Source: Candidatus Saccharimonadota bacterium (GTDB lineage Bacteria > Patescibacteriota > Gracilibacteria > BD1-5 > UBA6164). From it: a stretch of 32,000 bases of DNA. A program made the translations under genes and the position numbers. Within the stretch, counting starts at the first letter, position 1, and every line of letters begins with the position of its first letter. Shown here piece by piece: positions 10,531 through 20,829 of this stretch. The notes under the pieces are model-generated. The model had not been told where the DNA came from. It was given only the letters and a program-made list of their open reading frames with translations, and ran no database searches. The stretch is taken from contig OY782392.1 in assembly GCA_963677765.1 (NCBI GenBank), positions 630,001-662,000 on the forward strand, in the 5' to 3' direction.

Positions 10531-10810
10531 ACAGAATTGATATTGATATGTTCATTGAGGCTATATTTATTATTTATTGGACGAAAAATCTCATGATTTA
10601 GCATATGATATATTAGGGGATTGTTTAACTTCTAATTCAAATATATATTATCATAAGGCTTTAAATAATTTGGATTGAGTAGAATATAGTTTAAATATAA
10701 TATGAACTACAAGAAGTAGTGTAATAGTTGAATCAAAAATATTAAAAGATAATATGATTTATGTAAGTTCTACTTTTACATTTATAAAACAAAAAAAAGA
10801 TAACTCTTAG
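10523..10810 (+). CDS. short hotdog-fold (PaaI-like thioesterase) protein, 95 aa
   Basis: ATG 10523 overlaps the Rrf2 stop (ATGAATAA). YVHGGYIYYLLDEKSHDLAY and GTTRSSVIVESKILKDNMIYVSSTFTF resemble the PaaI pattern. TAG at 10808-10810. Confidence 0.5.
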
Positions 10811-10823
10811 AGTTATCTTTTTT
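10791..10823. terminator. bidirectional terminator between the suf-region operon and rplA
   Basis: Hairpin agataact / agttatct flanked by an A-run and a T-run. Confidence 0.65.
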
Positions 10824-10824
10824 A

Positions 10825-11511
10825 TTATAATGAGTTTAAATCAATTTTTATTGATGGTCACATAGCATTACATACAAATATAGTATTTATATATTTACCT
10901 TTTGAACCACTTGGTTTAACATCATTTATAGTTTTAATAAAATAGTTTAAGTTTTCTTCTAATTTATCAGCACCAAATGATAATTTACCAAAAAATGAAT
11001 GAACATTACCTTGTTTATCAGTTTTGAATTCAAATTTACCTGCAGCTATTTCTTTTACAGCAGAAACTAAGTCATTAGATACAGTACCAGCTTTTGGATT
11101 AGGCATTAAACCTTTTGGCCCTAAAACTCTAGCAATTTTACCTAAGTGTCTCATCATAGAAGGAGTAGCAACACAAACATCAAAATCTAAAGAAACATTT
11201 CCTTTTTCGATATCATCAATTAATTCTTCACCACCAGCTATAGCAGCACCTGCAGCTAAAACATCTTTAGCAGATTCATCAGTAAAAGCACAAACTCTTG
11301 AAGTTTTACCTGAACCATTTGGTAAGCTTATAGTAGTTCTAATCATTTGATCTGCATATTTTGGATCAAGATTAAGATTGAAATGAATTTCTACAGTTGG
11401 ATCAAATTTAACTGTATTAGTTTTTTCTAATAATTCAACAGCTTCTTTAACGCTGTAGCTTTCTGAATTTAATAATTCAACAGCTTTATTATATTTTTTA
11501 CCTCTTGCCAT
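10825..11511 (-). CDS. rplA: 50S ribosomal protein L1
   Basis: The track ORF 10858-11511 ends at a TGA. Read-through gives ...CNAMGPSIKIDLNSL, restoring the conserved L1 C-terminal MGP motif, with TAA at complement of 10825-10827. Only 1 of about 18 Gly codons is TGA. Confidence 0.95.
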
Positions 11512-11590
11512 TTTTTTATAGTTATAGATATAAAGGTATAGCGAACATTTAATAGTTCTTCCTTAATAGGCTGCATGATTATATATAAAA

Positions 11591-11619
11591 AAAGATAAAA
11601 GTAAAATTTATTTATCTTT
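11591..11619 (-). terminator. hairpin terminator overlapping the yidD 3' end
   Basis: aaagataaa / tttatcttt with an 11-nt loop and a T-run downstream on the minus strand. A -10-like TATAAT for rplA follows. Confidence 0.45.
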
Positions 11620-11865
11620 TTTTTCAACAGGATCATATCATCATTTATTCCAAGGCATACATCTAAGGATTCTTAATAAACCCTTTAAAAAACCTATTAT
11701 TGCTCATTTTTTTTCTACGGATTCTATCATATACTGGCTGCAACTTGGTATATGTTTACAATATGGGGGATTATTCATAGCTTTTGCCCATATACTATGA
11801 TCAGGTGATATAAACTTTTGATAATATTTTACTAATTTTATTATAATTTTTTGAAATATATTCAT
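11608..11865 (-). CDS. yidD: membrane protein insertion efficiency factor YidD
   Basis: YYQKFISPD...[45 protein letters not shown] matches the YidD signature. 85 aa. Confidence 0.88.
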
Positions 11866-11884
11866 TTTAATATTTATTATAAAT

Positions 11885-11912
11885 AAAAACTCCTAATATA
11901 TTAGGAGTTTTT
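11885..11912 (-). terminator. rho-independent terminator after rplT
   Basis: Perfect inverted repeat aaaaactcctaat / attaggagttttt with T-runs on both strands. Confidence 0.7.
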
Positions 11913-11927
11913 TATTTTTTTCAAAAA

Positions 11928-12272
11928 TTATTTAACAGAGTTAACAACATTTGAAAATACTTTTGGATTAGAAATAGCTAAGTTTGATAAAACTTTTCTA
12001 TTTAGTTTTATATTTTTTTTGTATAAAGCATTTATTAATTGAGAATAACTCATACCATTTTCTCTTGCTGCAATGTTAATTCTAACATTCCATAATCTTC
12101 TAAAATCTCTTTTCTTTTTTCTTCTACCAATATATGCATTAGTACCAGCTTTCATCCATGCATTTTTAGCTCTAGAGAAAACTTTAGAATTAAGCATTCT
12201 ATATCATTTAGTAGCTTTTAAGATTTTATTATGTCTTTTTCTTGTCATTAGACCTCTTTTAACTCTAACCAT
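11928..12272 (-). CDS. rplT: 50S ribosomal protein L20
   Basis: The track ORF lacks the N-terminus because of one TGA. The full product is MVRVKRGLMTRKRHNKILKATKGYR..., 114 aa. Confidence 0.95.
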
Positions 12273-12310
12273 CTTAATTTAGTGTTATGTTTTAATATTT
12301 AAAAATTTTC

Positions 12311-12505
12311 CTACAAATGAGGTAATTGTTGTTTGATTTTTTTAGCTTCAGTTGATGAAACTATTAAACCATATTTATTTCTTCCTTTTGCTTTTTTAGT
12401 TTTATCAGAAAGTAAATGTCTTTTCCAAGCTTTAGCAAGTTTAAATTTACCTTTACCAGTAACTTTAACTCTTTTTTTAACTCAGCTTCTAGTTTTTAAA
12501 GTCAT
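12311..12505 (-). CDS. rpmI: 50S ribosomal protein L35
   Basis: MTLKTRSGVKKRVKVTGKGKFKLAKAWKRHLL, 64 aa, TAG stop. Sits in the classical infC-rpmI-rplT order. Confidence 0.9.
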
Positions 12506-12532
12506 AATTGTATATTTTACAGTTATAAATAA

Positions 12533-13048
12533 TTATTTAATAGGTTTTAACATTGCAACAAATGTATTACCATTTTTTTTGATTTGTCATTCAAGTTTAT
12601 ATGTTTCACTTATAGATTCTACAAAACTATGAATTTTTTCATTTGCTATTGTTTCATAATGATTTTCTCTTCATCTAAGCATCAAACTAACTTTTAATGG
12701 ATGTCATGCTTTACCAAACTTTTCAGCTTGATTTTTTCTTATTGCTAAGTCATGATCTCATATTTTAAAAGTTATTCTGATATTTTTTAAATCAGGAGCC
12801 TTTCATTTTTGTTTATTTTTTTGTTCTTGTTTTTTTTGTCTGTACAAAAACTTTCAATAATCAAGAATTTTAACTATAGTTAAATCTCATTTTTTTCACA
12901 TTTCCATCAAGTCAAGACTCCTCTCTTGAGCCATTTCTCTTGCTTGTTCAAGTTTCATTTCTCAAAGATTTTCTCATTCTTCATTGATAAGTTGTATATC
13001 TTTAGCAACAATCTCATCATTAATTAATCTCTTTTTTTCTTTCAAAAT
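12533..13048 (-). CDS. infC: translation initiation factor IF-3, apparent ATT start (alternative ATT at 13063 or TTG at 13045)
   Basis: RLINDEIVAKDIQLINEEGENLGEM...LDLMEMG...VKILDYGKFLY...RITFKIGDHDL...LMLRGRENHY. There is no in-frame ATG or GTG between the upstream TAA and the conserved N-domain. Confidence 0.9.
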
Positions 13049-13062
13049 GAATTTTTTAAAAA

Positions 13063-13362
13063 TTAAGATATAGTTTTAATCATTTTAACAAATTTTGCTT
13101 TTTTTCTAGAACCATTATTTTTGTGAATTATATTTTTTTTCACTAACTTATCAATAATTGATTGTAATCCTGATTTTACAGTTTTACCATCTTTATCTTT
13201 TTGATTAACTAACAATTCTTTTGCAGCTTTAGCATCACCAGCTTTTATAGCTTTTTCAAAAGATATTCTTGCTTCTCTATATAAAGCTCTGTAATGATCA
13301 TTTCTAGCTTTTCTTTTGTTATTTTGTCTTAATTGTTTTTTCGCAGACGCTATTATAGGCAT
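13063..13362 (-). CDS. rpsT: 30S ribosomal protein S20
   Basis: Intact in the track: MPIIASAKKQLRQNNKRKARNDHYRALYR...IIHKNNGSRKKAKF. No TGA codons. Confidence 0.93.
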   Translation of the reverse strand: MPIIASAKKQLRQNNKRKARNDHYRALYREARISFEKAIKAGDAKAAKELLVNQKDKDGKTVKSGLQSIIDKLVKKNIIHKNNGSRKKAKFVKMIKTIS

Positions 13363-13453
13363 AGACTAATTTATTTAATAATAAAAGTAATATTTTGATT
13401 AAATAGCCGTTTTGGAGGATAGGGCTAGTTAATTCAGTCTCTTTTGTGCAGGA

Positions 13454-13481
13454 ATTATATAGAAAAGATTTAAATAGTCAA
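13454..13481 (-). promoter_or_regulatory. sigma70-type promoter for rpsT: TTGACT-N16-TATAAT
   Basis: Minus strand TTGACT (13481-13476) and TATAAT (13459-13454), 16-nt spacer. This implies a 5' UTR of roughly 85-90 nt. Confidence 0.6.
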
Positions 13482-13487
13482 AAGTTT

Positions 13488-15851
13488 TTATCTAAGTTCT
13501 CAACCTAGTTTAGTAACTGAACTTACTATCTTTTCTATAATCGATGCTTTATCTTTATCATCCAATGTTTTCTCCATAGATTGAATGAATATTTTAAATG
13601 TTAAACTTCTTTTTTCTCATAACTTTTCAGAGTTTTCATATATATCTATTAGATTAACTTTTTTGATTAATTTTTTATCAGTTTTTTCTATAACAGTTTT
13701 AATTTTACTTGCTTCAATATCTTTTGATATAACGAAATTTAAATCAAAATTATTTTCTTGAAAATTAGATATTTCTTCATATTTTTTTATTCAATATAAA
13801 GCATCTAATATTAAGTCTGAGTTTATTTCAAAAAATCATAATCTAGAATTTATTTCAAAGTTATTTGTTACTTTAGGGCTTATTTCTCATACAAATCATA
13901 CTTCTTTACCTCTTATTACAATAGAGGCAGTTCTTCATCTGTGAGAATAGTTAGGTAGATTTTTAGAGTTTCTAAATTCAAAGTTATATATTCAAACTGT
14001 TTTTAAGAATTTTGAAATTATTTCTTGAGTTTCATAGTATATAATATTTTCCTTACTAGAAATTAATCATGATAACATCATTTCTTCTTTTACATTGTTT
14101 CATTCTCTATTAAATACTTTTTCTATTTCAAAAACTTTTAATTCATCAAAATTTAATTGATTTTTTTCTATAGTATCTAATAAGTTGGGAATAAGACTTC
14201 ATCTTAGATGTGATAACTCTTCTGATAATGCATTTTTCATTTCTACTAACGATTCAGTTGTATCCAAACATTTCTCCATAATGTCTTTATTAACAAATGA
14301 ATAATTGTAAATATCATAGAATCATATATCTGTAAAAAAGTTTCTTGAATCATTTTTTAACTTATAAGAATTGTTTTGAATAACTGCTCACATATTTATA
14401 TCTGGTATTGTAGCCTCAATGCTGTTATATCAAGTTATTCTAGCAATTTCTTCTGCTATATCAGCTTTAAAATTCAAATCTTTTCTCCAGAAGGGTATAA
14501 TTAGTTTATTTTCAACTTTATTTATACCTAAATTATCTAGAATACTTAAAATTTCATTTTCAGTATATGTTTTTCCAATTAGCTTATTAAAAAAATCAAT
14601 ATCATATTCTATTTTAACAACTTCTTGTTTTTTTACATATGAGTCACTAAATCAAGTTACTTTTATTCATTCTAGATTTTTTTCTAATTCAGTTACTATT
14701 AATGAAGCACCATGAATTTGTAATTCATTAACTATATCTTTTTCAAATACATTTAAAGAGTCAGTTCTAATTCATAATCTTTTTCAAGTTTGTCTTATTA
14801 TAGATTGTTCAAAATTAGCTGATTCTATAATTATATTTTTTGTATTATTATCAACACTTGATGATTTTCATCATATAACACCTCAAAGTGCTAATACTTT
14901 TATATCATCTGCTATTACAATATCTTTTTCTGATAATTCATATTCATTATCATTTAAAGCTATGAATTTTTCACCTTGTTTAGCATATCTTATTGTAATA
15001 TTTCAGTCTATTTTATCAGCATCAAAACAATGAGTTGGTTGACCATATAGATATAAAGAGTAATTAGATAAATCTACTAGAAGTCATATAGATGCTATTT
15101 CTGCACTTGATAATACATCTTTTATATATTGAGGTGAATCTATATTAGATACATTTTCTACTTTTACTCAGATATATCTTGTTACTACATCAGTTATAGT
15201 ATTTTCAATATTTAGTTTTTCTATATTTGAAAAATCCTTTAGTTCGTATTCAAAATCAAACTTTTCTCAGTCTATAGTATAAATTTCTCTTATTATACCT
15301 ATATGAGAGAATAGATCAGGTCTATGATTTATTGCTTTGTTATCAATTTCTAAAATAGAATCATTTTTTCATAACAAATCAGCTATATTTGTCCCTGGTT
15401 CAGCTTTTATTGATGATAAGTCCATTATTTCTTTTTCATCTTTTGCAGGAAACTCTTCTTTTAAGCCTATTTCTTCACTAGCACATATCATACCATATGA
15501 ATCAACTCATCTTATAGCTGTTTTTTTCATTGTTATAGTTTCTGTTCAATGCCATGAAACAACAGCTCACAATTTTGCAACTGCTACTGCTTGTCATACT
15601 TCTAAATTTGAACCTCAACAAACTATTTGAACTTCTTCATTTCAAATATCAACCATACAAACTCTTAAAGAATCAGCATCAGGATGACTTTCAACTGTTT
15701 TTATTATTCAGTATACAATATTTTCAAAAGAGCTTTTTTCTGATACTATATCTTCAACTTCTGCAGTATGCATAACTAAGTCTTTTGCTACTTCATTTTC
15801 ATCTTTAATATTCTCTTTATAACTTTTTAAAACCTTATATGATATTTTCAT
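13488..15851 (-). CDS. pheT: phenylalanine--tRNA ligase beta subunit
   Basis: 787 aa. N-terminal tRNA-binding domain [15 protein letters not shown]...QIVCGGSNL...[18 protein letters not shown], then B3/4 and B5 regions and a C-terminal FDX-ACB-like domain. No pheS is adjacent. Confidence 0.93.
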
Positions 15852-15995
15852 TTTTCTTTTTTTAATTTAATATTTTAAAGTCAATATACAAAAATATATT
15901 TAATTTTAGCTAAAAGGCAAGAATTGATTTATAATTATTTTATTTTTTTCTAAAAAAATGATATATTATTAAGAAATAAATCTATATCTATTATT

Positions 15996-16724
15996 ATGTA
16001 TAAAAAATTTCAAATAAAAACAAGGCAAATTGATATTTTAAAAAAAAATATTTTATCTAGTTGATTGCTTACTGAAAATATAATAAATGAAGCTGAAAAA
16101 CTATATAATAATATACCTTATCATAATTTTTTACATGCATTAAGAGTTACTAGTTATGTTTTATTGCTTGATAAATCAATTTTTTCTCCTTTGGAAATAA
16201 GATCTTTGTTAATAGCATGATTATTTCATGATACATGACATACTTGAGATGTAACTACATTAGATGAGTTTATATCTCTTGATTATTTTAGAATTACAAT
16301 GGATAAATATCCTGATTTTTTAATAGATGATAGTATATGTAGAGCAGGTATAATATGAACTGTTTTTAAAAATAGAGGTAAAAACATAAATAAATATGCT
16401 AAAATTATGGCAGATTTGGATATTTGAGATTTAGCAATGTGAATAGAAGATTTTTTATATTATGGTTCATTATATTCTCTTGAACTATGAGTTGATGCTG
16501 AAAAATTTTATATTGATGTAGAAAAATGATATTTTAAGTTTTTAATGTGAATTGATAAATTTATTATAGTTTCGGATGAAGTAAGACAAGTTCTTCCTAA
16601 TGCACTTAAAACAATAAAGGATTATTATTCAATTGATTTAGAAACTAAGTTAAATATTTATAATTGTCTTTTAACAGAAGATATAACATTGGAAGAGTTT
16701 AAAACAAAATTTTTTAATAAATAA
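15996..16724 (+). CDS. HD-domain metal-dependent phosphohydrolase
   Basis: YHNFLHALRV ... LLIAGLFHDTGH (H...HD motif). 242 aa. Confidence 0.75.
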
Positions 16725-16752
16725 AAAAAGACCTAATTTTAGGTCTTTTTTT
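16723..16752. terminator. bidirectional terminator between the HD gene and recA
   Basis: aaaaaagacct / aggtctttttt hairpin. Overlaps the recA stop codon. Confidence 0.65.
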
Positions 16753-17743
16753 ATTGTACTATACTATTTTTTATAACTTCTTCAATTTCAGCACATAATG
16801 CTGGATTTTCTTTTAGAAAATTCTTTGAATTTTCTCTACCTTGTCATAATTTAGTTTCTCAATATGAATAAAAAGCTCAAGCTTTTTTTACAACTCATGC
16901 ATCAACTCAAATATCAAGTAATTCTCATACTTTAGAGATTCATTCGTTATACATTACATCAAATGTAGCTTCTTTAAAAGGAGGAGCAATTTTATTTTTT
17001 ATTACTTTTACATTTGTTTGATTTCAATTTACCTCTTTATCCATACCTGTTCCAGATTCAATTTTAGCTTTTCTTCTTATATCTAGTCTTTGAGAAGCGT
17101 AAAATTTTAATGCGTTACCTCAAGTTGTAGTTTCTGGACTACCAAACATAACTCAAATTTTCATTCTTATTTGGTTAATGAAAATAACAGTACAGTTAGT
17201 TTTATGTATTGCTCATGTTATTTTTCTAAGAGCTTGACTCATAAGTCTTGCTTGTAATCACATATGAGAATCTCACATTTCTCATTCTATTTCTGCTTTT
17301 GGAGTTAATGCTGCAACAGAGTCAACTATTATAAGGTCTACAGCTCATGAATTTACAAGTTTTTCTGTAATTTCTAAAGCTTGTTCTCCATAGTCTGGTT
17401 GAGATATAAGTAAATTATCAGTATCTACACCTATCTTTCTTGCATATTCTGGATCTAAAGCATGTTCTGCATCTACGAAAGCTGCTATTCATCCTGCTTT
17501 TTGTATTTCTGCTATAGCATGTAGAGTAAGAGTTGTTTTTCAAGATGATTCTGGACCATAAATTTCTACAATTCTACCTTTTGCATATCATCCACCTAGT
17601 GCTAAATCAAGGCTAAGTGAACCTGATGAAAAAGTTTCTACTTTTTGTTTAGCTCATTCATCTCATAATTTCATTATAGATCATTTTCAAAATTGTTTTT
17701 CTATCATTGATAGTGCGTTGTTTAATGCTTCTTGTTTGTTCAT
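16751..17743 (-). CDS. recA: recombinase RecA
   Basis: 330 aa. FGKGSIM, P-loop GPESSGKTT with the invariant Gly68 encoded by TGA (complement of 17540-17542), [39 protein letters not shown]. Confidence 0.97.
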
Positions 17744-17822
17744 AAATAATAGAGTTAAAAATAATGTTATACTTATGTATATAATTAGTATATATTTTTA
17801 TATACTTTTGTCAAAAGAATTT

Positions 17823-18050
17823 TTATTCTTTAATTTTATAGTTTGATTTTAAACCTTCTTTAGTTCATATTGCAATATTCGTTCATGAACAAATATTGCA
17901 TATAAACTTATATCAATTTGGTTCCGGTCTATTTGTTTCAACAATTTTTTTACAATCTTTACAATAAAATGATACTTCTCATCTTTCTTGAGAGAAGTAA
18001 TCTCTTTTATCGAATTCTTCAATATTTACTAAATCTGAAAATGTAGACAT
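17823..18050 (-). CDS. small zinc-ribbon protein (75 aa), hypothetical
   Basis: Two CxxC pairs (CKDC ... CNIC). Lies between the exonuclease gene and recA on the same strand. Confidence 0.55.
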
Positions 18051-18062
18051 AGGTTTTTATTA

Positions 18063-18671
18063 TTAAAATAAACTCATTACTTCTTCTTTTGGTTCTTCAA
18101 TTTTAATTACTCATTTATTTACTAATTCTATAAAGCATCTAAGTGTTGCTTCAACATCAGTTAGTGCATCATGTGCTCATATAAAATATTCTCAAAACAA
18201 TTTTTTGTGGAGTTCTCATAATTTGGGATATTTGTATCTTTCTCAATTTCATTTTATAGCACAAAAATCAACTGTATTTTTCATCGTACAAATAACTTGC
18301 TTTGGTTTATATTCAAATTCTTTATTTAATCTTTTTAGCTCTAATTTAACCATTTCTTCATCATATTCTATGTTATGTCATATTATAACATCAGGAGTAT
18401 TTATATATTTTGTTATATTATCTATAACATCTTCTATATATGGGGAGTCTTTTATGTCTATATCATATATATGATGTACTTGACTTGATCAATAAGGAAT
18501 AGCTATTTTAGGATTTATTAAAATATCTATTCTTTCAATCTCTTTAAAATTTCAATCTTTTAATTCTCATAAAATACCTGCAAATTGAATTATTTTTGGT
18601 TGTTTTTCTAAATCCGTTTCTTTTTTATTTATAAATCATGTAGTTTCAGTATCAAATACAAAAATTTTCAT
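18063..18671 (-). CDS. DEDDh 3'-5' exonuclease, DnaQ/epsilon-like
   Basis: Exo I FVFDTETTG, Exo II IIGHNIEYDEEM, Exo III GAHDALTDVEAT. 202 aa. Confidence 0.85.
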
Positions 18672-18745
18672 TTAATTCTCTTTGTTAAAAAATATCTTGG
18701 AATCCATTTTATAAATTAGATTGCTTTTGTAAAGTATAAAAAAAT

Positions 18746-18776
18746 AAAACCTCCCTTATTTTTTAGGGGAGATTTT
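18746..18776 (-). terminator. rho-independent terminator after the sigma-like gene
   Basis: aaaacctccct / aggggagatttt hairpin (one mismatch) followed by a T-run on the minus strand. Confidence 0.6.
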
Positions 18777-19830
18777 ATTTTTTTAGTTGGTAGTAATTTC
18801 TACCTACTCTTTCTATTACTTGTTTATTTTGAAGGTTCATGTATATAGTTGTTTGTTTTACATTTCTTGTTTTTAAAACTTCTTTTGTAATTTCTTCTGT
18901 ACTCATTGGTTCTCATTTTTTTTCTAGAGCATCAACTATTACATCTAAAACAGTTCATGGATTGAATCACCATTCTTTCAAAGCATATATTCATCTTCAA
19001 ATAAGAACAAATTCATTATTTCTTATAAGCTCATTATGAATTGTATTTACTTTTACTTTTTCTTCTAGCATATCAGTTATTTTATTTGATATATCTACGA
19101 AGTGCATTGGTATTTTTTCTTTTTTCATTACATAAATTGCTTTGTCTTTCAGAGTTTTTGGATTTAATATTTTCCATTTAGTAAGTCAAACTAAATTATT
19201 TTCTCAAAATATTATATCTTCAAATAATTCTAAACTTGAGTCAATAAATGTTAAGCTATATCTTTGTTCAGTTTTTAAATTTTCAGATATCATTTCATAT
19301 AATTTTGTTTTTGAAATTACATCTTTTTTTCTTTTTAATACTTTTAAAGCTTCTTTATGTACAGCTTCAATAGTATTTTTTGATACATTTGGTAAATAAA
19401 AATAAATTTTACAACCAAGTTTTTGTTTAGATTTTTTTATTTCATAATCAGATTGTATTATGAATTCTAAAACTCAAGAATTTATACTAGAATCTAAATC
19501 TAAATCTTTTATTATATTATTAATCAGTCTATCTTTAGAGATAACTCATCAATGCATTTCTATAAAATGCATCGCTTTTTCTTGGATTTTTGTTAATAAA
19601 GTTGCTTTAATTATTCTACCTATTTTTTTTATTCAAGAATCTTCTATTTGTCTAACTCTTTCTCTAGTTATAGATGGTGAAAAAGAATTTCAAATATTTT
19701 GTAGAGTTTCCTTCTCTCAGTTTAGTCAAACCCTTCTTTCTATTACACTTCTTTCTTTCTCTGAAAGAGAATTAAGTATTTCTTCAAAAGACTTTACTAT
19801 ACTCTTGTTATTTAATATTATATTATTCAT
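18775..19830 (-). CDS. DNA-binding protein with an N-terminal sigma-70 region-4-like HTH and a C-terminal HARE-HTH-like domain
   Basis: LSEKERSVIERRVGLNGEKETLQNIGNSFSPSITRERVRQIEDSGIKKI resembles sigma region 4. The C-terminal MSTEEITKEVLK...TIYMNLQNKQVIERVGRNYY resembles HARE-HTH. 351 aa. Confidence 0.65.
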
Positions 19831-19907
19831 ATTTACAAGGATATAACTTTAATAAATTTATACTAATATATAATTGTTTTTATAAAAAAGTCAAACTTTT
19901 TTAATTT

Positions 19908-20480
19908 TTAAAAAGGTAATTTCATATTGTTTTTTTCTTTGGCTAATTCTCTTTCATAACTTAACTTTTCTAGTATTATTTCAGAATTAGTTTTTTTGAA
20001 TTCTTTTCTTATTAATAATCATCAAATTAGTATTATTAATCATGCTGTCATAGATAATGTTGCTCATTTTCAATAAGTCATTCATTCTGAAATTGTTGTT
20101 AATCATGTAGCAAAACTTATTAATATAATACTGAATGCTAAACTTATTAATCATGAATTTATTATAATAAAATGAGTTCTAAAATTTAAATCTGAATATA
20201 GTTTTATTTTTTCTTTATATGAATTAGATAAAATCATTAGAAGTGGAAGTATATATATTATTATAAGTATATATCATATGTTTCATGATATAGGGTTTAA
20301 AGAATTCCATGTTAATGATTTTTCATTATCTACTATCCAAGGTAAAAATATACTAAAAATTCAAATAATTGATCATATAAGTACTATTTGTTTTTCAAGA
20401 GTTAAATTTAATGATTTAAACTTAATACTATCAATAATATTTTTTATTATTTTTATTTTATTTTTATTTCTGTTTTTCAT
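19908..20480 (-). CDS. hypothetical integral membrane protein (190 aa)
   Basis: Open frame with 11 or more TGA read as Gly. Four or five hydrophobic segments. K/N-rich N-terminus. Confidence 0.6.
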
Positions 20481-20582
20481 GTTTTTTCAAAATTATTATA
20501 AATTTTGAAAAAACTTTAATTATATTTGATATTTTTGCAAATACTTTATAATAATTATGTTAAAATATTAAATATAGTATAG

Positions 20583-20828
20583 ATGAAAGATAAAAAATTG
20601 ATTAAAAATTCATTTTTTGAGCTTATTTTTTTTGTTATAAGTTTTTTATTATCTTTTTTTAGATCTTTTTTTGTTTTTTTTTCTAGAAATACTAAAAAAA
20701 ACAATATTTTCTTTTTATTTTTAGATTTTATATTTAGAAAATGGCCAAAATATTTTTGGAAAAAACCTTCTTTATATAAGATATTATCATTTCCTTGAAA
20801 TTTAGTTAATTACTTACTTAAAAAATAA
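20583..20828 (+). CDS. small hydrophobic/basic protein (81 aa), possibly a degenerate pilin-like N-terminus
   Basis: The track ORF extended through one TGA to TAA 20826-20828. KNSFFELIFFVISFLL loosely resembles a prepilin N-terminus. Ends 1 nt before the pilin-like gene. F-rich composition could be T-rich noise. Confidence 0.35.
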
Positions 20829-20829
20829 T

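Noticed and set aside
11512-11590. L1-binding autoregulatory leader upstream of rplA (stem AAGG...GAAC/GTTC...CCTT)
   Set aside because: Only short pairings are visible, and I cannot verify resemblance to the 23S L1 stalk or the Rfam L1 leader by eye. rplA is also uncoupled from rplK here. The evidence is too weak to call.
11024-12632. Track ORFs on the plus strand at 11024-11350, 12073-12282 and 12333-12632
   Set aside because: They are antisense shadows of rplA, rplT and rpmI/infC. Their translations are low-complexity (L/F/S/I-rich) with no motifs, whereas the minus-strand frames give textbook ribosomal proteins.
13400-13450. G/C-richer patch (agccgttttggaggatagggctag...) as a tRNA or small RNA gene
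   Set aside because: I could not fold it into a cloverleaf, and no conserved tRNA boxes are visible. It lies inside the predicted rpsT 5' UTR and is reported only as a possible leader.
14419-15775. Track ORFs at 14419-14715, 15337-15630 and 15554-15775 (plus strand)
   Set aside because: They are antisense to the continuous 787-aa pheT frame and have no recognisable features.
18205-20508. Track ORFs at 18205-18474, 18839-19039, 19142-19399, 19460-19846 and 20278-20508 (plus strand)
   Set aside because: They are antisense to the exonuclease, sigma-like and membrane-protein genes read with TGA=Gly. Their hydrophobic, low-complexity translations are typical of the T-rich antisense strand.
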